Assembly (NCBI GenBank): GCA_963793305.1
Contig: CAWBZV010000005.1
Location: 1,504,001 to 1,568,000, forward strand
Origin: an uncultured Gemmatimonadales bacterium
GTDB taxonomy: Bacteria > Gemmatimonadota > Gemmatimonadetes > Gemmatimonadales > Gemmatimonadaceae
Length of the DNA stretch: 64,000 nt
Direction: 5' to 3'
The notes under the pieces are model-generated. The model was not told the origin of the DNA and did no database searches. It saw nothing but the letters and a program-made list of their open reading frames with translations. Below are positions 41,401 through 50,924 of the stretch, piece by piece. The translations under genes and the position numbers were made by a program. How positions within the stretch are numbered: position 1 is the stretch's first letter; each line of letters opens with the position of its first letter.

Positions 41401-41817
41401 CTAAGGGGTCCTGGGCTGATGTTCTCCCGCGAGACCTTCGCGTGGCGGTAAGGGTGGGAGATGGGCCCCAATGGACGCATCCCCGTCCTCGAGACGAAAT
41501 TCGATATGAATCGACGTCTGTTCACCCCGACTTATGTCCAGGACCGAGATGTCGCGTACTGGAAACAGGGCGCCGTCAACGCCGCGCAGGGTCAGGTGCG
41601 CAGCCTGCTCACGCGCCTCGACCTCCCGGGCCCTGATCTCGGACCATTCGACGACGTAGAGCCACGTCGTATACGGGTTGAACCGCTGGAACGGTCCGCG
41701 CACGCGCTCGTAGGCCGGGAAGGCCATGACCTCGCCGAAGCCCAGCCCATCCGGGTCGAGGTCGATTTCGACACACGACCCGATCGGCGTTTCGTCGTAC
41801 ATCACGACTAGTTGCAT
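41401..41817 (-). CDS. hypothetical protein (138 aa)
   Basis: ATG ORF with globular, acidic composition, directly downstream of the tRNA. Confidence 0.55.
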   Translation of the reverse strand: MQLVVMYDETPIGSCVEIDLDPDGLGFGEVMAFPAYERVRGPFQRFNPYTTWLYVVEWSEIRAREVEAREQAAHLTLRGVDGALFPVRDISVLDISRGEQTSIHIEFRLEDGDASIGAHLPPLPPREGLAGEHQPRTP

Positions 41818-41860
41818 GTCAGACGCTCCGCTCCACGCAGGAGTCCGCGCGAGCGAGCAA

Positions 41861-41944
41861 TACCCGAGACGAGACTCGAACTCGTAAGACCCGAAGGTCG
41901 GGGGATTTTGAGTCCCCTGCGTCTACCAATTCCGCCACCCGGGC
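41861..41944 (-). tRNA. tRNA-Leu (CAA)
   Basis: GCCCGGGTGGCGGAATTGGTAGACGCAGGGGACTCAAAATCCCCCGACCTTCGGGTCTTACGAGTTCGAGTCTCGTCTCGGGTA; long variable arm; CCA not encoded. Confidence 0.97.
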
Positions 41945-42011
41945 GCGATTGCAACGCAACGCCTTAGCCAACCGCGAGCGCGCAATCTACTCTGTTTTCC
42001 ACCCCCGCGCC

Positions 42012-42737
42012 TTAGCCGATCCTTGGCAGCAGCGCAGCCACTGATGGGCCGGCGATAGCGGTCGAGAGCGTCGCACGATACGCGCGCCACCCACTTGCGT
42101 ACGTGACTGGGAAGCCGTCGGTCGCGCTCGCCAGGCACAGTAACTCGGGGCTCAGCCAACTGATCACTTCTAACAGCATCTCGTGCTGATGCCGCAAGTC
42201 GCGCCAATGCCATATCGGCTCGTAGTGGAAAATGCGATTGCGGAGTCGCCGAAGCGTGTCGAAGCGCCTGGCGACGACGCGTCGCGTTCGATTGGCAGCC
42301 GAAAGATGGGGAAAGGCCGATTCCAGAAGTGCTGGCCAAAAGAGTTGGCGCCGTTCGTATCGCACGTCGAGGAGGCTGGTCCAAAATCCGAAGTTGAGCT
42401 CAGCAATCACGCGGCCGGGAACAATGCGCTTGCCGCGATCCCGCAAACGACTCATCGCGTCCTCCGCCCGAGTAACCTCTGAAGGGGCAAGCACGGGAGG
42501 AATACGTCCAAGCCAGCAGTCGACGCCGCGCCACGGCCCGATTGGATATCGAGTCGTGATGGCCTCGTGCAACCTGTTCCGAAATGCGACCTCGAGATGA
42601 AGGAGCGTCGAATACAACGATGCGCCGAGATCTATATTCCAGTTGTAGCGCGCCAGCGCGTCGAGCGTCCCGCCGCCGGGCCGTTCGTATCCACGAAGCC
42701 GATCTGCGGAAATGACGCTCCGCACAGCATCGAGCAT
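42012..42737 (-). CDS. Abi_2 / AbiD-AbiF-like HEPN protein
   Basis: IS.DRL..Y, YNWNI, LEVAFRN, IAELNFGFW, HEPN motif RNRIFH(YEPI); start uncertain. Confidence 0.88.
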   Translation of the reverse strand: MLDAVRSVISADRLRGYERPGGGTLDALARYNWNIDLGASLYSTLLHLEVAFRNRLHEAITTRYPIGPWRGVDCWLGRIPPVLAPSEVTRAEDAMSRLRDRGKRIVPGRVIAELNFGFWTSLLDVRYERRQLFWPALLESAFPHLSAANRTRRVVARRFDTLRRLRNRIFHYEPIWHWRDLRHQHEMLLEVISWLSPELLCLASATDGFPVTYASGWRAYRATLSTAIAGPSVAALLPRIG

Positions 42738-42746
42738 GCTGGCAGG

Positions 42747-42775
42747 TTGCGTCGTGAGGTCAGATACAGTACATT
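42747..42775 (+). promoter_or_regulatory. sigma70-like promoter pointing away from the abi gene
   Basis: TTGCGT (42747-52), 17 bp, TACATT (42770-75). Confidence 0.55.
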
Positions 42776-42781
42776 CGACTC

Positions 42782-42841
42782 CTGCCCCCGGGTTAATCCT
42801 CTCCCGCTCCCACGCGGTGATGATCCCGGGGTTTTTCTTTT
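42782..42841 (+). ncRNA. candidate ~60-nt structured sRNA (possible Abi antitoxin) ending in a U-tract
   Basis: Outer stem CCCCGGG(42786-92)/CCCGGGG(42825-31), inner hairpin CCGC-tcccac-GCGG, then TTTTTCTTTT. Confidence 0.55.
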
Positions 42842-42921
42842 GGCGCCGAGTGTAGTCGGCAGGCGTTGACCGCAACAACGGGAAGAGTTCACCGGTTGCC
42901 GGCTATCGCCATCATCGCAGA

Positions 42922-44025
42922 CTACGGCTTCAATCCAAGCGCGCGGAGCGTAACCGGATCAGGAACCGCGGCGCCGCTCGATTTCGTGACCACGCCGAAG
43001 CCGCCGCTGTAGTCCCACATCGTCCACCCGATCCCATGCCGCTCGAGCGCGGTCCGGGTATCGACGATCCATGCCGCGCGATCGCGCGGTGTGGCGGCGA
43101 GGCGGAAGACGCCGAACTCGTTGCAGACCACCGGGACGTTCCAACGACTCGCCCACGCCGCAACCTGGGCGATCTCGCCGGCGATGCGATCCGGACCCCA
43201 GCGGTCCATGCCGTAGCGAACGACGGAAAGCCGGTCGACCGGATCGGGCACGAGTGCCGCGGCCGCCGTCACGTTTGCCGGATCGGACGGGTAGGGGAGC
43301 CCGTGCAAGTAGTGCCAGAAATTGACACCCCACGTCGCGCCCTGATGCGTGAAGATGTGCGGCTCGTAGAAGTGGAAGTTGTAGATGAGGTTCGTGTCCC
43401 GCATTGGCGTCATGGCCAAGAGATCGTCGTCGTCCGACCACCGCGCGCCGGCCACGATGATCGTGTGGCGCGGCGCACCCGCGCGGATGGCGGCGACGAG
43501 TCGGGTCTCCACGCCGTACCACCGCTCGCGATCCCGCATCTCGGGCTCATTCATCACCTCGAACACAACGCGCTCGGGATCACGGTCGGCGTAGTGCTGC
43601 GCGAGGGCACGCCAGAAGTCCGCGAGCTCTTCGACAAACCCGTCGTCATCCATGCGATGCTTGAACTCGCTCTCCGGATGCAGATCGATCTCGACCGCCA
43701 GGTCGTGATCGAGGATCGACTGCACGGCCGCGTCGAGGTACGCCAAGTACTCGCCCGGAATCCGATCCGCGTTCCGGCGCCGGAACATTGGTTCCGGATT
43801 GACGCTCAACCGCACGTGATCGAATCCCATGGACCGGATCAACGCGAGATCCTGCGCCGTCGTCCAAGCCTCGAAGTGTTCCTTGGTGTAGCCCTTGGGG
43901 TCATAGACCTGCGCGAACCATTCGCTCAGATTGATGCCGTGGCGAAAGTGCTCCGCGCGGTGCGCGGCTTGTGCCGAGGACACGTTCGCCAGCACGACCA
44001 AGCCGGACGCGATCAGTCGGCGCAT
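42922..44025 (-). CDS. glycoside hydrolase family 5
   Basis: GINLSEWF, GFDHVRL, FEVMNEP, FHFYEP, NEFG, GWTMWDY. Confidence 0.92.
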   Translation of the reverse strand: MRRLIASGLVVLANVSSAQAAHRAEHFRHGINLSEWFAQVYDPKGYTKEHFEAWTTAQDLALIRSMGFDHVRLSVNPEPMFRRRNADRIPGEYLAYLDAAVQSILDHDLAVEIDLHPESEFKHRMDDDGFVEELADFWRALAQHYADRDPERVVFEVMNEPEMRDRERWYGVETRLVAAIRAGAPRHTIIVAGARWSDDDDLLAMTPMRDTNLIYNFHFYEPHIFTHQGATWGVNFWHYLHGLPYPSDPANVTAAAALVPDPVDRLSVVRYGMDRWGPDRIAGEIAQVAAWASRWNVPVVCNEFGVFRLAATPRDRAAWIVDTRTALERHGIGWTMWDYSGGFGVVTKSSGAAVPDPVTLRALGLKP

Positions 44026-44064
44026 GTGGCGTTGTAGGCTACCCATTGTGAGGAATATCGCCCC

Positions 44065-45459
44065 GTGAAAGCATCCCTGCTCGTCGCGTGCTCGGCGCTC
44101 GCCCTCGTCTCCGGAACCACATCGGCGCAGATCGACCAGGCCCGCATCTCCCACGCGGTCGATTCAATCGCCGCCGCGGCGCTCGGCGGCGGCAAGGCCG
44201 CGGGCATGTCGATCGCCGTCGTCCGCGCGCGGGACACCATCGTCCTTCGCGCGTACGGGAAAGCGGACCTCGAGCTGGATGTCCCGACACCGGACCGGGC
44301 GGTCTACGAGATCGGCTCCGTGACCAAGCAGTTCACGGCCGCCGCCATCCTGCAGCTCGCGGAGCAGGGAAAGCTGTCGCTCGACGATGAGATCACGAAG
44401 TACTTCCCGACGTATCCCGTACACGGTCACCATATCACCGTCCGCCGCCTGCTCGACCACACGTCGGGCATTCCTGGCTACACCGAAATCCCGGCCTTCT
44501 GGCCAATCTCGACGCGGTCGCTGCCGCGAGACTCGCTGGTGGCGATATTCGGCGCGAAGCCGCTCGATTTCGCGACGGGCACGGCGATGTCATATAGCAA
44601 CTCGGCGTTCTTCCTGCTCGGGCTCTTGATCGAGAAAGTGAGCGGACAACCGTACGAGCGGTACGTCCAGCAGCACCTGTTCCAGCCCGCCGGCATGGTC
44701 GACTCGCGCTACTGCAGCACCACGGCCGTCGTTCCGCGCCGGGCGCACGGGTACGACATGAAAGACGACACGCTGCGCCTCGCGATGTACATCGACATGA
44801 CCTGGCCGTACTCGGCCGGTTCGCTCTGTTCCACGGCGGGCGACCTGGTCGCCTGGAACCGCGCGCTGCACACGGGGAAGATTCTGTCACCGGCCTCGTA
44901 CCACGAGATGATCACGCCCGGCACGCTGACCGATGGCACGCGCTTGCGCTACGCGAAAGGACTGGCCATCGACTCACTGGACGGCCACCGGCGTATCAGC
45001 CACGGCGGCGGCATCCCCGGATTCGTCACGACGCTCCAATATTTTCCCGACGACAGCCTCACCGTCGTCGTCCTCATCAACTCCGCCGGACCCGCTAACC
45101 CCGACCAGATCGCCCGCGCCATCGTCGACCTCACGCTCGGCGCCAACCCGCCCGCGACCGTGGCGTTCCATGGTTCGCTGGGGGACTACACCGGGACGTA
45201 CTCCGGAATGGCCCGCGGCGGCAACGAGACCTTCACCGTCGCCGTGGACAGCGGCGGCCACGCACTCGTGCTCCGCCCGAAGAATGGAAAGCCCGAGCCC
45301 CTCGCATTCTACGGCGGCGAGACGTTCGGCCACGACGAGACGCGGCTCCGGTTCGTGCGCACCGCCGGCCGCGTCAGCGCGGTGCGCGTCGATGAGGTGT
45401 ACGGGTACAACTTTTACAAGCGCGCGCCGATCACCGCTAGTCGGTCCGGATCGCCGTAA
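44065..45459 (+). CDS. serine hydrolase, beta-lactamase/PBP-like
   Basis: IGSVTKQF, LLDHTSGI, YSN, HGGGIPGF; signal peptide. Confidence 0.92.
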   Translation: MKASLLVACSALALVSGTTSAQIDQARISHAVDSIAAAALGGGKAAGMSIAVVRARDTIVLRAYGKADLELDVPTPDRAVYEIGSVTKQFTAAAILQLAEQGKLSLDDEITKYFPTYPVHGHHITVRRLLDHTSGIPGYTEIPAFWPISTRSLPRDSLVAIFGAKPLDFATGTAMSYSNSAFFLLGLLIEKVSGQPYERYVQQHLFQPAGMVDSRYCSTTAVVPRRAHGYDMKDDTLRLAMYIDMTWPYSAGSLCSTAGDLVAWNRALHTGKILSPASYHEMITPGTLTDGTRLRYAKGLAIDSLDGHRRISHGGGIPGFVTTLQYFPDDSLTVVVLINSAGPANPDQIARAIVDLTLGANPPATVAFHGSLGDYTGTYSGMARGGNETFTVAVDSGGHALVLRPKNGKPEPLAFYGGETFGHDETRLRFVRTAGRVSAVRVDEVYGYNFYKRAPITASRSGSP

Positions 45460-47837
45460 CCGGATCGACGAGCGTCGCTCGGGTGGCGGGAACGAGCGAC
45501 GCCACGAGGCCCGCGATCGCGAGCGCCGCCGTCGCACCTACCCACGTGATCGGGTCGGCTCGGCTCACGCCATAGAGCAAACTCTCGAGCGCGCGCGTCA
45601 CCAGCGCACCGCCGACCACGCCGAGCACCAGCCCCAGTCCGACCATGCGCATGCCTTGCTCGGCCACCAGTCGGAGCGTACGCCCGCTCGTGCTCCCGAG
45701 CGCGCTCCGAATGCCCATCTCTCGCGTGCGTTGCGCGACGGTGTAGCTCATGACCCCGTACAGTCCCGCCACAGCCAGCACGATGGCGACGATCGCGAAC
45801 GTGGCGATAAGCGAGAGGTAGAACCGCGGCGCCCCGACGCTCCGGCCGATGAGCTGCGCCATTGGCTGCACATCCGCGACCGCGGCCGCCGGATCCACCG
45901 AACGAATGGCCTCCCGCACGGCTGGCGCGACCGACGCCGGATCGCCGCGGGCGATGCGCACGAGGATCGGGAAGACGGTCTCGTCGTTGTCGGTCTGCGC
46001 ATACGACCAGTAGACCTCCGGATGCGGCGGATCGACGGGCCCGAAGTTGGCGATATCGCTCACCACACCGACAATCGTCGCCATCCGCGTCGGCCCCCAG
46101 TAAAAGCGCTTGCCGAGCGCGTCACCATTGGGGAAGTCTCGCCGTGCGAGCGCGCGGTTGACGACAACGGCGAGCGGCACGTCGGGCCGATTGTCATCGT
46201 CGGCGCGGAGGAGGCGCCCGGCGACGAGCTGCTGACCTGTGGCCCGGAAAAAGCCCGGCGAGGCATCGCGGTCTTCCATCACCGGCTCGTGCTCCGGATC
46301 GTCTGGCGTGCCCTCGTACCGGTAGCCCGAGTTGTCGCCCCACTCTTGATACGGCATGGCCGAGATGGCGCCGGCGCTTTGAACGCCAGGGATGCGCTCG
46401 ATCGCGTCCAAGGCCGGCGTCAGGAATCGCCGGATCGGCTCACCCGAGGCATACCGGTCCGGCGAGATGACGGCTGTGAGCGAGAGGAGTCGGGTCGGAT
46501 CGAAGCCCGGGTCACGGCTGACCAGCTTCTCGAATCCCCGCAGCACAAGGCTCGCGGCGATGAGCAACGTCAGCGAGAGGGCGACCTCACCGACGACCAG
46601 GCCCGCGAGCAGCCGTTGTTGCGTGACACCGGACCCGCCGCCCCGGCCGCCGCGCAACGCGTCCTGGGGATCGACGGACGCGCTGTGCCACGCGGGCAGC
46701 ATCCCGCAGATGAGCGCGACGACAGTCGAGAGGAGGATCGCGAACAGCATGACGCGGATCTCGATGCCGAGGCCGACCAACTGGGGCACCTGTGCGCCGG
46801 CCAGTGACCCGATGGTCCGCACGGCGAGCCACGCCAATCCGATGCCCAGCACGCCTCCGAGTCCAGCCAGTACCACGCTTTCGGCGATCACGGGCTGCAT
46901 GAGATCCCAGCGGCTGGCGCCGATCGCACTTCTCACGGCCATCTCGCGCTGGCGGTTGACGCCGCGCGCCAGGAGCAGGCTGCCGACGTTGGCGGCGGCG
47001 ATCAACAGCACGGCGCAGACGGCGCCGAAGATGAGCAGCAAGGGCGTCCGGACGAGCCGCACGCTGTCGGCTTGCAGTGGCGTGGCGAACGCGGACTCGC
47101 CCTTCATGTGCGGGTAGAGCGCGATCATCTGATCCATCAGCGACTGGACATCGCTCGTGGCGTTGGCCACGGTCGCGCCGGGCGCCAGCCGCCCCTGGAC
47201 CTTCAAGAAGTTGTGCCCGCGCGACGCTCTCTCGTCGGTCGTGAAACGCATGGGCAGCCAGAGATCGGCCTCGAGGTTCTGGTTGCCATGCGGGATGTGA
47301 AACGCGGGCGGCGCGATCCCGATCACCGTGTGCGGCACGCCATCGAGGCGGATCGTGCGGCCAACGAGAGTGGGGTCGCCGGCGAACCGATCGTGCCAGA
47401 GCTCGTAGCTCATCACGACCACGTTGTCGCGCGAGACGCTGTCGTCGCCGACGTTTATCAGTCGACCGCGAAACGGCCGGACGCCGAGCATTGGGAACAT
47501 GTTCCCGGTGACACGATACGCCCGGACCTGGGCGGCTTCGGTGGCGACCGACAGGAGCTTGGTCTGAAACGCGGTGGCCGCGAGCATTCTGGATCTGCCT
47601 GGAGCCGCGGGCCAGGTCGAGGTACTTCGGGGCCGAGAAGGGGCAGTTGTCGCACGTGGGTTCGGTGCGATACACGGTGACCAGGCGGCCCGGGTCGCGG
47701 AACGGCAATGGGCGCAGCAGCGCTTGATTGATGGCGCTGGCGATGGCGATCGTCGCGCCCAGCCCGAGCGCGAGACAGAGGACCGCACAGACCGCGACGG
47801 TGGGCGCGCGGCGGAGCCTTCGGATGGCGCTCAGCAT
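45437..47837 (-). CDS. ADOP-family ABC permease (+1 frameshift near 47588)
   Basis: AIRRLRRAP..LALGLGATIAI, LLIAAANVG, SPGFFRATG, REMGIRSALG, VDPVTAIRTD. Confidence 0.9.
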
Positions 47838-47869
47838 GCCGACTCTGACAGCGAGCTTGGCGCCAAGGT

Positions 47870-48346
47870 TTACTTCTCTAGTACTGGCTCGGCCGGGCCG
47901 TGGGTCGCTCGATCGATCTGGCGAATCGCGCCCAGGTGATAGGCGAGGTGCGCAATGCTGCCGATCATGCCATTGAGCGCCACGTCATCGACCTCGCGCG
48001 GTGTCCCGAGCGCCGCGAGCCACCGGTGCGCCTCGTCGCGCAACTGGCCGCGCAGGTCGGCCCACTCCGCATCCGAGACGTGCGTCGTGCGCCAGGCCGC
48101 CGTCCAGTCCGCGGTCGCGAACGGATTCGGCTCGCCGCTCGCCCAGCGGTTCATGAGTGACAGGCCATATCGAACGTGGTCGACATGCGCGGCGATCTTG
48201 TTCGATGCGGCTGATGCCGATAGCCGATCGAGCGATCGCAGCAATCCCGGGTCGCCGGCATTGAGCATGTAGCCGAACGGTGGCGCGCCGTCGACGAGCT
48301 CGGAGAAGAGCGTCGTCAGCGAGTGGCTCAGCTCACGGGTGTTCAT
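47870..48346 (-). CDS. DinB-family protein
   Basis: IAAHVDHVRYGL, IAHLAYHLGAIRQ. Confidence 0.75.
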   Translation of the reverse strand: MNTRELSHSLTTLFSELVDGAPPFGYMLNAGDPGLLRSLDRLSASAASNKIAAHVDHVRYGLSLMNRWASGEPNPFATADWTAAWRTTHVSDAEWADLRGQLRDEAHRWLAALGTPREVDDVALNGMIGSIAHLAYHLGAIRQIDRATHGPAEPVLEK

Positions 48347-48372
48347 GCCATACAACATAGTTAAATTGCGCC

Positions 48373-50886
48373 GTGACAGAGACGCTCGCCGATGTCGTGC
48401 TCGGCCTTCTGGATGCGGTCGTCCGCGAGCGCCACCCTGACAGCCGGGCGTTGCAAGCCCAGAGTCAGTGGTTCCAGCTCCTCGCGCTGGCCGAGCAATA
48501 CGAGGCGTTCAGTGCGCGCCGGCGGGCGAGCGAGGCGAGTGGCACGTTCAATCGCGTGATCAAAGAAGCGAAAGAACGGGGCGTCCCACGCGAGGTCGTC
48601 GAGGCGTGCGTCGCCGCGCTCCGCATCGTACCGGTGATCACGGCGCACCCGACCGAGGCCCGTCGCGTCACGGTGCTCGAGAAGCACCGGCGCATCTACG
48701 ACTATCTCGAGCTGCTGGCCGAGCGCCCAACGGATCGCGAGGCGCTCCTGGGCGAGTTGCGCAATGAGCTCGACATCCTGTGGCTCACCGGCGAATTGCG
48801 CCTCTCGAAGCCCACGGTGGAGCAGGAGATCGCCTGGGGCCTCTACTTCTTTAGTGAAACGCTGTTCGACACAGTTTCGCCGCTGCAGGATCGACTCGTC
48901 GCCGCGGTGAAGGAGCACTACCCCGATATCAATCCGACCGTCTCGGGATTCCTCGAGTTCGGATCATGGATCGGGGGCGATCGCGATGGAAACCCGTTCG
49001 TCACGCCGGACATGACGCGGCACGCCGTGCGCGAGAATCGCCTGGCGAGTCTCCGCCGCTATGAACGGCGCCTGACGGCCCTTCGGGCGTCGCTCAGCAT
49101 CTCGCAGGATTCGCTGGCCACGCCGCTCTGGTTTCAGCGCGCGGTCGTCAAAGCACTTGCCGAGAGCGGCGACGCGGCGCAGATCGCGAATCGCAATCCG
49201 GGAGAGCTGTTTCGTCAGTACCTGTCGTCTATGCTGCGCCGGCTGTCCGCGACGATCGAGCACGCCGAGCGTGGCTGGTCGTCGACCGCGGCGCCGCGCT
49301 ATGAGTCATCAGACGATCTCGTTCGCGATCTTCAGGTCCTCGAACGAGCGCTCGACGAGTCCCACAGTGCGCGCCTGGCGCGCGCGCTCGTGACGCCGGT
49401 CCGCCGCGAGGTCGAGGTGTTCCGGTTCTCGACCGCGCGCCTCGATTGCCGCGAGCATGCGACACGCCTCGCCGTCGGAACGCCGGACACGCGCCAATCG
49501 TTGCTCGATGCGCTCGCCACTCCCAGGTCCAGCGCCTCGACGGCCACGTCGAACGAGCCCGCGCTCGCCATTTTCAATGTCATCGCCGAGGATCGCGCGG
49601 CGTTCGGCAGTTTCATCATCTCCGGGACGAGCAGCGTCGACGACATTCTGCGCGCGTACTTGCTGGCCAAGGAGGCCGGGTTGTACTCGGACGCGGCCGG
49701 CGTCGAGCGGTGCCTGTTGCCCATCGTGCCCTTGTTCGAGACGATCGCCGATCTGCGGGCTTCTCCGGCGATCATGCGAGACCTGCTTGCCGTGCCTGTG
49801 GTCCGGCGCAGCCTGCGCGGCCGGCCACAGGAAGTCATGATCGGGTACTCGGATTCCAACAAAGACGGCGGGTTTCTCACCGCGAACTGGGAGCTCAGTA
49901 AGGCGCAGTCCAAGCTCACGCGCGTCGGCGCCGACGCGGGCGTGCCCATCTCGTTCTTTCATGGCCGCGGCGGCTCCGTCGGTCGCGGTGGGGCGCCGAC
50001 CGGCCGGGCGATAGCGGCCCAGCCGGTCGGGTCGGTCGTCGGGACCATGCGCCTCACGGAGCAGGGCGAGGTCGTGTCTTACAAATACGGCACGCGCGAC
50101 GCCGCCTTGTACCAGCTCGAGCTGCTCTCGGCCAGCGTCCTCGCCCACACGCTCGGGCGCGGTATGGCCGAGCCGAGTCCCGAGTTCGCCGAGGCAATGG
50201 AAGCGCTGTCGGGCGCGGCGTTCGCCGCGTATCGCGGCCTCGTCGAGCATCCCGCCTTCTTCGGCTACTATAGCGCCGCCTCTCCGCTCGAAGAACTTGC
50301 CTCGCTGAACCTTGGATCACGTCCCGCGAGACGGTCGAGTGCGCGGGCTCTGGCCGACTTGAGAGCGATTCCATGGGTGTTCGCTTGGACTCAGAATCGC
50401 CACTGTGTCCCTGGCTGGTATGGCATCGGCAGCGCACTGGCCGCTTTCGTGCAGATCCGCGGCGCCCGGGGAGAGGCGCTGTTGCAACGCATGTTCGCCG
50501 AGTTCCCATTGTTTCAGTTGATTCTCGACGAAGCCGAGAAGACCCTGCTGCAAGTCGACCGGTCGTTGATGCGAGCGTATGCGGAGCTTGTCCAGAACGC
50601 CGAGGACCGGCGGGCGATTTTGGAGTTGATCGAGGCAGAGCTCGAGCGCACCACCCAGACCATTCTGAAGCTGACGCGAGAGACGACCATGGCGGCGCGA
50701 TTCCCGCAGTACCGGGAGCGCATTGAACGCCGCCGCGCCATGCTCGACCGGGTGGGTCATGAGCAGATCCAGCTCCTGCGCGCGGTCCGAGACACGTCCG
50801 CGGACCCGGACCAACGGAGCGCGTCGCTCTCCTCGCTGCTGTTCTCCATCAACTGCATCGCGGCGGGGTTTGGCACAACGGGATAA
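48373..50886 (+). CDS. ppc: phosphoenolpyruvate carboxylase
   Basis: TAHPTE, WIGGDRDGNP, PLFET, QEVMIGYSDSNKDGG, FHGRGGSVGRGG, LRAIPWVF. Confidence 0.96.
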   Translation: MTETLADVVLGLLDAVVRERHPDSRALQAQSQWFQLLALAEQYEAFSARRRASEASGTFNRVIKEAKERGVPREVVEACVAALRIVPVITAHPTEARRVTVLEKHRRIYDYLELLAERPTDREALLGELRNELDILWLTGELRLSKPTVEQEIAWGLYFFSETLFDTVSPLQDRLVAAVKEHYPDINPTVSGFLEFGSWIGGDRDGNPFVTPDMTRHAVRENRLASLRRYERRLTALRASLSISQDSLATPLWFQRAVVKALAESGDAAQIANRNPGELFRQYLSSMLRRLSATIEHAERGWSSTAAPRYESSDDLVRDLQVLERALDESHSARLARALVTPVRREVEVFRFSTARLDCREHATRLAVGTPDTRQSLLDALATPRSSASTATSNEPALAIFNVIAEDRAAFGSFIISGTSSVDDILRAYLLAKEAGLYSDAAGVERCLLPIVPLFETIADLRASPAIMRDLLAVPVVRRSLRGRPQEVMIGYSDSNKDGGFLTANWELSKAQSKLTRVGADAGVPISFFHGRGGSVGRGGAPTGRAIAAQPVGSVVGTMRLTEQGEVVSYKYGTRDAALYQLELLSASVLAHTLGRGMAEPSPEFAEAMEALSGAAFAAYRGLVEHPAFFGYYSAASPLEELASLNLGSRPARRSSARALADLRAIPWVFAWTQNRHCVPGWYGIGSALAAFVQIRGARGEALLQRMFAEFPLFQLILDEAEKTLLQVDRSLMRAYAELVQNAEDRRAILELIEAELERTTQTILKLTRETTMAARFPQYRERIERRRAMLDRVGHEQIQLLRAVRDTSADPDQRSASLSSLLFSINCIAAGFGTTG

Positions 50887-50924
50887 GGTTCGATACATTT
50901 TTGCGCTCTTCGACCTGGAAACCA

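Larger units (their letters stand above)
40432..41913. mobile_element. mini genomic island at tRNA-Leu(CAA), no integrase
   Basis: Flanked by 54-bp direct repeats; three genes inside; GTCACAC repeats near the distal end. Confidence 0.75.

Noticed and set aside
42738..42878. N-terminal extension of the Abi ORF
   Set aside because: No family-like sequence, and it overlaps the opposite-strand promoter and hairpin; more likely non-coding
44065..45459. Antibiotic-resistance beta-lactamase calls for the serine hydrolase and the two MBL-fold genes
   Set aside because: Motifs support only the broad superfamilies, not true beta-lactamase subclasses
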